DNA from: Paraspadella gotoi
Lineage: Eukaryota > Animalia > Chaetognatha
Assembly (NCBI GenBank): GCA_051294375.1
Contig: CM119263.1
Location: 12,129,130-12,193,129 of the forward strand
Direction of reading: 5' to 3'
Length of the DNA stretch: 64,000 nt
Of the stretch, positions 57,790 to 64,000 are shown piece by piece. Each line of letters begins with the position of its first letter. Within the stretch, counting starts at the first letter, position 1. The translations under genes and the position numbers were made by a program. The notes beneath the pieces are model-generated. The model saw only the letters and a list, made by a program, of their open reading frames with translations. It was not told the origin of the DNA and did not search any database.

Positions 57790-58055
57790 CGAAAGCCCTT
57801 AACCAGAAAGTAGAGGTCATAGTTATACTATATGGCAGTATTAGACTGCTACACTGGGATGAATAATTTCAGACTCCAGGTTTAATCAGGGTCATCGTAT
57901 CATATCTTGGTGACGACGAAACAAGCCCTGAACCAGAATGTAGAGGTCAAAGTTATACTTATAGGAAATACGGCAGTATTAGGCTGCTACACTGGGATAA
58001 AAAATTTCAGACTCCAGGTTAAATCAGGGTCATCGTATCGTATCTTGGTGACGAC
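57790..58055. repeat. Tandem duplication (~140-bp period) just downstream of the EGF/TB gene stop
   Basis: ggcagtattag.ctgctacactgggat...tttcagactccaggtt.aatcagggtcatcgtatc.tatcttggtgacgac occurs twice. Confidence 0.8.
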
Positions 58056-58085
58056 TCTTTCCGACTCTATGATCCCCGACGTCCG

Positions 58086-59070
58086 TCACAATTTATCGTC
58101 GTTGTCGTGGGCGGGCAAATCGTCGACGAAGGGCTCGTCATATCCGTGAGAGTGGAGCGATGCGGCGTCGTCATAGAGATTCGCACGTGACGTTTCGATC
58201 AGCGGACGCGAATATCCTGAAGACGAGGCGCCCGCGTCGTCGTCCTCGTCGTCGTCGTCGTCGTCGTCGAAACCGTCCATTAGTCGGTTGAGTTGCTCGG
58301 TGGAGATGTGCTTCGATCCAGGATGAACGGGTTTGTTGTATCCTTTGTCGGCGGCGTCGCAATCCCCACCGACAGCTCCGATTTTCTCCTCCTCCTCGTC
58401 CACTTCCCGCAGAGGCTCCTCTTCGAGACGCCGCTTTTTTGCGTCGACGGCATCGGCGTTCCTCGACGGCCAAGACGGCTCCTCGTACACGTGATCCCCG
58501 CCGTCGTCGGCGTAGTACTCGTTACCGCCGAGAATCTTCTTTCGAAACGGCGCCACGGGTTCGTATCCCGGTTCCGGCGGCGCCGGTCGAATTGGGAGAT
58601 TCACCACGAGTTTTCCGGGGCCGTTCTCTTGTGTCGAGGGAGCCGTCCTTGCCGAGTTTGATCGCGAAAGCGAGGTTACGCGGCTGGGAGGCTTAACGGC
58701 GTCGTCACCGCCGCTTCCTGCGTCGGAGACGAACGATCCGGCGCTGACAAACTCGCTTTTGGGCCGACGCGGCGGTGGCGGCGGCTCGTAGTTGGGTCGG
58801 CGTGGGGACGACAGTTGACGCTGCATAGGCGTCGAAGGAGGCGCCGGAGATTGTTGGTGGCATGGAGGGGAGGTTGGCACGGATCCGTTCGAGGCGGCCG
58901 TACAGTGGAGAGTTGGAGGCGCGTCCTGAAGAAAAACGACTATCTCCTCGCGCGGGGTCGTTTGATTATATGTCGGGTTCACGTGATTCTGAGGATAATC
59001 GAGGGTGGAACGTGTGCCAGAGAGTCGGAACAGCACAGCTCCGGGGGTATGGGGCACGAAGATCTTTCGT
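58086..59070 (-). CDS. Cytoplasmic-tail exon of the EGF/TB membrane protein
   Basis: Acceptor cttttcag, open to TGA at 58088-58086. Contains [26 protein letters not shown] and YDEP motifs. Confidence 0.85.
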
Positions 59071-62000
59071 CTGAAAAGAGAAGAAGGAATTTTGTAAAAG
59101 GTTCGTAGATGAAAAAAAAACTGTGAGAGTGAATTCCTCACCTTTTGTACAGATAGAACAGAACCAAGAGCAAGAGGAAGACCAATAACAGTGGAATAAT
59201 GATGGCCAATATGACAACTGGAATCGTAGAAGAAAAATTAAAGCCTTTATGTATCAATTCAGTCAGGATCGAATGTCAATAATGACGCACTTGTATTGGA
59301 GTCTTTATCACTGACGACTGGTTCTCCGACAAAAATGCTGTGTTCCGCTTTACTCTTTTCGTCAAGAAATTTGTCGGGATCCTTCTCGTAGTCTTGGTGA
59401 TTTTCGTAGCCAGTGGCGGCCGTAGAAGTCATGGCTTCCGCGGTCGTCGTCGCGTTATCGACCGCCTCTTCGTGGCAACTTGTATGCGGCCCTTCCTCGC
59501 CAACTTTGACAGGGAGTTTAGGCTCCTCGCAGTGACACTTAAAGCCGCCTTCCAGGTTGATACAAGTTTCCCAGGGGCGACATTTTTTCTTGTTCATTTC
59601 ACATTCGTTAACATCTGAAAACCAAGATTCTAGGTATAACTACGTAGATACTCGAATAGGTTTTAGAAATTGCAGATTAAAAGTTTTTTTGATGTATATG
59701 ATGAATGATGATGATGATTGATGATGATCTAATTTTATACTGATTTGACAACCCAATACAAGATGGATTCGAAGGTAGGGAGATCAATAGCCACCTTACC
59801 AGTGCAAACGGGTCTCTTTAAGATGGTGTGCAGCGTGTGGTAGTTCAGTCGAAAGCCCTCGAAGCAGTGGCAGAGGTAGGATCCGTGAATGTTGGTGCAG
59901 TTTCCGCCGCCGCAAATGTTCGGGTTCACTTCGCATTCGTTCACGTCTTCCTCGTCGAAATAAATTAGATATAGAAACTTTGCTCAGCGAAAATGGTTTA
60001 AAATTGTGATGCCGTCACAATCATCAATCGCAACGAGACGAATCAATCAATGAATCAATCGCAAGGAGATTCTGGGAATCTGACACCAAAATATTTTTAT
60101 ATTGCGGCGGTATTATACCTAAAATAGTAAATATCTGAACGGTGACTTTTATGGTAAGGAATTTATTATGAGTTAGATAAAGTGGGTGAAAACTGGTTTT
60201 CTTATCTTTTAAAAGCTTGCTCTTAAAAAGGGTAAACATTTATGATTGCTTATTCTTTGGTGCTCAGAAGAGAAAGGGAATTACCGTCGCAAATGGAATC
60301 ATTTCCTTGTTGGACCATAACGTAGCCTTCACCGCAATCACATCTATACGATCCCTCCACGTTAATGCACTGCGCCCAGCCACAGATTTTCTCTTGTTCG
60401 AGGCATTCGTTTACGTCTGGCGGGCGAAGAAAAAAGTTTGCAGCGACGATGAATCGGTTTATTTTATTTTATTTATTTCAGTTTCCTGACGGAGATATGA
60501 CGGTTGTGGCGAACCTATGGCCACGCCCACCGATGGCGATAACCAAATATTACACAAACGATACCGCATTAATTTTTTTATCACATTTCTTTATTTTTAC
60601 ATAATGTACACAAAGGAACAGAATGATCGACCGAAAAGTGACTTTATACGATTGCTACGCGAGTACTCGCTGAGCAACTAAAAATGCTCACCGCAGCAGT
60701 GGTAGTGCGCGGCCGAGGCGCCGTCCGTCCCACCACCGGCTCATTTTAATCCGATAGCCGTCGTTGCAGGAGCACCGGTAACTGCCCGGCGTGTTGATGC
60801 ACTTGCCGTATAGCGCACCGTCGCCGCAAAGAGTCGGATGGCGGCCACACTCGTCGATGTCCACGCAGGCGTTGCCGTTTTGAAGGAAGCTGTGAGGAAA
60901 AAAATAAAGCAATAGCTCAAATCAATCAATCACGAAAATCAACTTTAAGCTCTTTTTTTGTTTAAACGCTGATTTTATCAATTAAAGAGGGAATGTAAAA
61001 TTCCGCTACTTATTCTATGGCGTCACTTTTAACACAGCATTAAAAAAAAAGTTCGAGTCTCCCACTGAACCAATTTCCCGTAAATATTCAATTTCTTTTT
61101 TTCTTAATTTCCCTTTCATTTTTTTATATTTATGCTTTTAACCTTGCCTTTTATAAGTACACTTTTTTTCCGCGAATCATCATTCGAAATGTTTCCAAAT
61201 GTCTTTCGCGATTTCGAAGTGGTCTTCCTCTTCCTCCTCCTCCTGCTGTTTCTCCTCTTCCTCCTGTATCTTTTCTTGCTCCTCATTAGAGGTATACACA
61301 AAAACAAAAATACTTTTTTTTCGGTATTCATTATGGATTCAATGAGATACCCAAATAAAACTTTTGATTTAGAAGGCTCCTTTCATTTTTCTGTATTGCG
61401 TTTTACACTAATCTTAACGTATTGTCCACGAAACCGACATTCACATAAAGACAGACAGACGAACAGACAGACTGAAAAACGTCTTATAGAGTCACGTTCT
61501 TCTGTGGACTTACCCGTCCTTGCAGTTGCAGCGAAAAGCACCCTGCGTGTTGACGCATTCGCCATTCGGTGAACAAAGTTGCGTGTCTTCGTGGCATTCG
61601 TTTACATCTGAAGAGTTGCAAATTAAAAATGAAACAAAAGACTGAAGTGATCAATAGTCGTTGCCGTGAGCCCCATGATGGTGAGCATAACCCCTGCACT
61701 TCGGTTGCCCTGGGAATCTGGGAGATTTTTCTGTGAGAGACTCAGATATATTTTTTTTCGTACTCGCGTTATCCCAATCCACCATTTAGGTGGTTACTTC
61801 AACTTGTTTTAACATAACTTAACTGTTAACACAAAAATCTTAAAGTATAGTGATCTCGCCAGACGTTACTATCAAACAAAATTAATGAAAAAAAAAACGA
61901 ATGATTGATGCGATAACGAATCATTGATGTAATAGTAATTGATTGATGTAATAGTAATTGATTGATGTAATAGTAATTGATTTATGTAATAGTAATTGAT

Positions 62001-63037
62001 TGATGTAATAGTAATTGATTGATTGATCTAATAGTAATTGATTGATAGATATAAATATAATTGATTGATAGATTTAATAGTAATTAATTGATGAAATTGT
62101 AATTGATTGATTGATGTAATAGTAATTGATTGATTGATCTAATAGTAATTGATTGATTCGCCGGTCTGGCGATATAAAAAACTAAGTCAAAGAAGATACC
62201 TATAACTGACTAGTTCAAACTGAGCGAATACAACGCACAACTTTCGCTTAATTGGGTAGCTAATGAAGAAAGAATTTATTTTATTTTCGAGAAAGCACCA
62301 CCCGAGAAAACTGCCGGCGGCCGACAGTTAAATTTTTTCTAGTTGTAAAAAATTAATGTATTTCTAACTGTAAACCCGGACTAAGGTGTCTCGTCAAAGA
62401 AATTGAGCTGAGCAGCTATCTTAACCAACAAAATTTGGACTACCAAAACTAAAAAATCTCTTTCGATTTGTGATTCGGGTTTCATGATTTATATTTATTT
62501 TTATTTATATTCTTCACAATTATTTAATATTATTTTATATTACATTTTAAAAAAATGATATAAAGACATTTTAAATATTTTAACACAACTCCATTTTAGA
62601 GTAAAAATACACTAACCTAAACAAGTTCCCTGCTTCGTGGTTTTATATCCGGGTTGGCGACAGTTGCATTCAAATCCAGAACTCGTCTTGGTGCATGATC
62701 CACCTGGACCGCAGATGTTGGGATAACGGTCGCATACGTTCGGGCCCTAAATCGTAAAAAAAAAATAATAATTCAATACTGGAACTCTTCACAAATTCGC
62801 GTGGCATCATACGGAGGGCCCATACATGATAAGCTTCTCTGTACCGTTCCAATTTTAGTAGATTCTTTTAAAAAATTATTTTTTACAGTTAAATTATGCA
62901 GGGATTATTTTTGACAGTTTTTTAATTTGAATTTGTTTTTGAACTTTTTGTCTCTTTGTCTCTTTTTGTCTCTCTGTGACAGGGAAACTTTATGAATTTT
63001 GAAAAAAAACGGTGAGGCGAAACCGTAGAAAATATCC

Positions 63038-63090
<53 letters not shown>

Positions 63091-63631
63091 CTGACCTGCT
63101 TCAAATAGCAGTTTTTCCAATCGCCGTTATTGTGCCAACCCGCCTGACAACTGCAATAGTACCTTCCAGGTTGGTTGTAGCAAGTTCCCCCGGGAGAGCA
63201 AACGTTCGGGTGTTCCTGGCATTCGTTGATATCTGTGTGAGTGACGAAAACCACTTTGACAATAAAAAAACTTCATGGAGATAAAACATCATCGACCCGA
63301 GCGGGAAACCTCAGGTTGAAGATGAAAAATTAAATTGCGTTCGCACCAGGCGCAAAGGCGATACAGTATCGCCAAACTTTATTATTCGTGAAACGATATT
63401 TTTGGGAGCAGCTGAAGAAAGTGTTAAAGCCGAAGCTTCTCGTTTCGGATTGGAAAAGGCATAGCGAGGGTGAGTCGACGGGAAGGAGGGCTAAAGCGTT
63501 GCCAGATGTTTTCGAATCCGGTAGGAGGGTAGATGGAAGGAGAGGTGGGCGATAGGATAGAATCCGTTTATGTTTATGTTTATAATGTGTCAGAAGGTTT
63601 AAGCCGCGTCACTGAAACCGCATTAATCATA

Positions 63632-63670
<39 letters not shown>

Positions 63671-64000
63671 CACTACTGTCATTCTCGACATTCGGTCGGA
63701 ATAGATCGTTTTACTTTTACGGTTGTATTTTCTCCGTTTCTATTTAAATATTATAATTTATAATACCAATGTCATTTATCAATTGTAAGATTTTTGGAAA
63801 ATCGTGAACTTCATTAGACTACTTAGTACATGGTTCATCTTCTCTTTCACTCTGTCCCTCACCGTTTCCGTCCTTTCGTCTCCCCATCCCAAAGGGGCAC
63901 ATGTTGTCGACGATGTCGGCCGGGAGGTTAAGATTAGAGCAGGGATTGTCACGTCCCCACGAATAGGCGTAGCCAGTGTCGACGCAGCAACACTCCGTCA
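58086..64000 (-). CDS. Fibrillin/LTBP-like protein with TB-like module, tandem Ca-binding EGF repeats, transmembrane helix and long cytoplasmic tail (3' part)
   Basis: Exons >64000-63863 (ECCC..G.AYSWG...C...CP.G.G), 63232-63096, 62746-62617, 61607-61514, 60889-60692, 60416-60285, 59946-59800, 59614-59291 (seven EGF repeats, six with D[IV][ND]EC), 59217-59142 ([29 protein letters not shown]), 59070-58086. One 1-nt phase discrepancy near 60700. Confidence 0.88.
61922..62157. repeat. AT-rich 19-23-bp minisatellite (attgatgtaatagtaattg)n
   Basis: Direct inspection. Confidence 0.85.

Noticed and set aside
60692-60745. Truncating frameshift in an EGF exon producing a secreted form
   Set aside because: A single-base phase discrepancy in an assembly with several similar indels, and the downstream exons are intact.

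Overview
AT-rich, intron-rich animal (invertebrate-type) genomic DNA with GC-rich exons, many (AG)n microsatellites, four N-gaps and stretches of indel-rich consensus. It is not prokaryotic, so most supplied ORFs are spurious. Four spliced genes were reconstructed by hand. (1) The 3' end of an ABCA-subfamily transporter (+, NBD2 to stop, 1565-16361). (2) An unrecognised low-complexity single-pass membrane protein (+, ~18.3/22.7-30.2 kb). (3) A Shank/ProSAP scaffold (-, SH3-PDZ-Pro/Gln-rich-SAM, 41109-32779) with no visible SPN or ankyrin exons. (4) The 3' part of a fibrillin/LTBP-like protein (-, >64000-58086) with a TB-like 'CCC' module and tandem cbEGF repeats, which unusually ends in a transmembrane helix and a ~330-aa NPxY/YxxP/PxxP-rich tail. 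Introns and intergenic DNA carry three tRNA-derived SINE families, DINE-1/HINE-like Helentron elements, MITEs and minisatellites. A ~2.3-kb inverted duplication and a ~780-bp tandem duplication in the ABCA introns are probably assembly artefacts. The best novelty candidate is the membrane-anchored fibrillin-like receptor, with a possible UGA-CGG readthrough extension, lying next to an ankyrin-less Shank.
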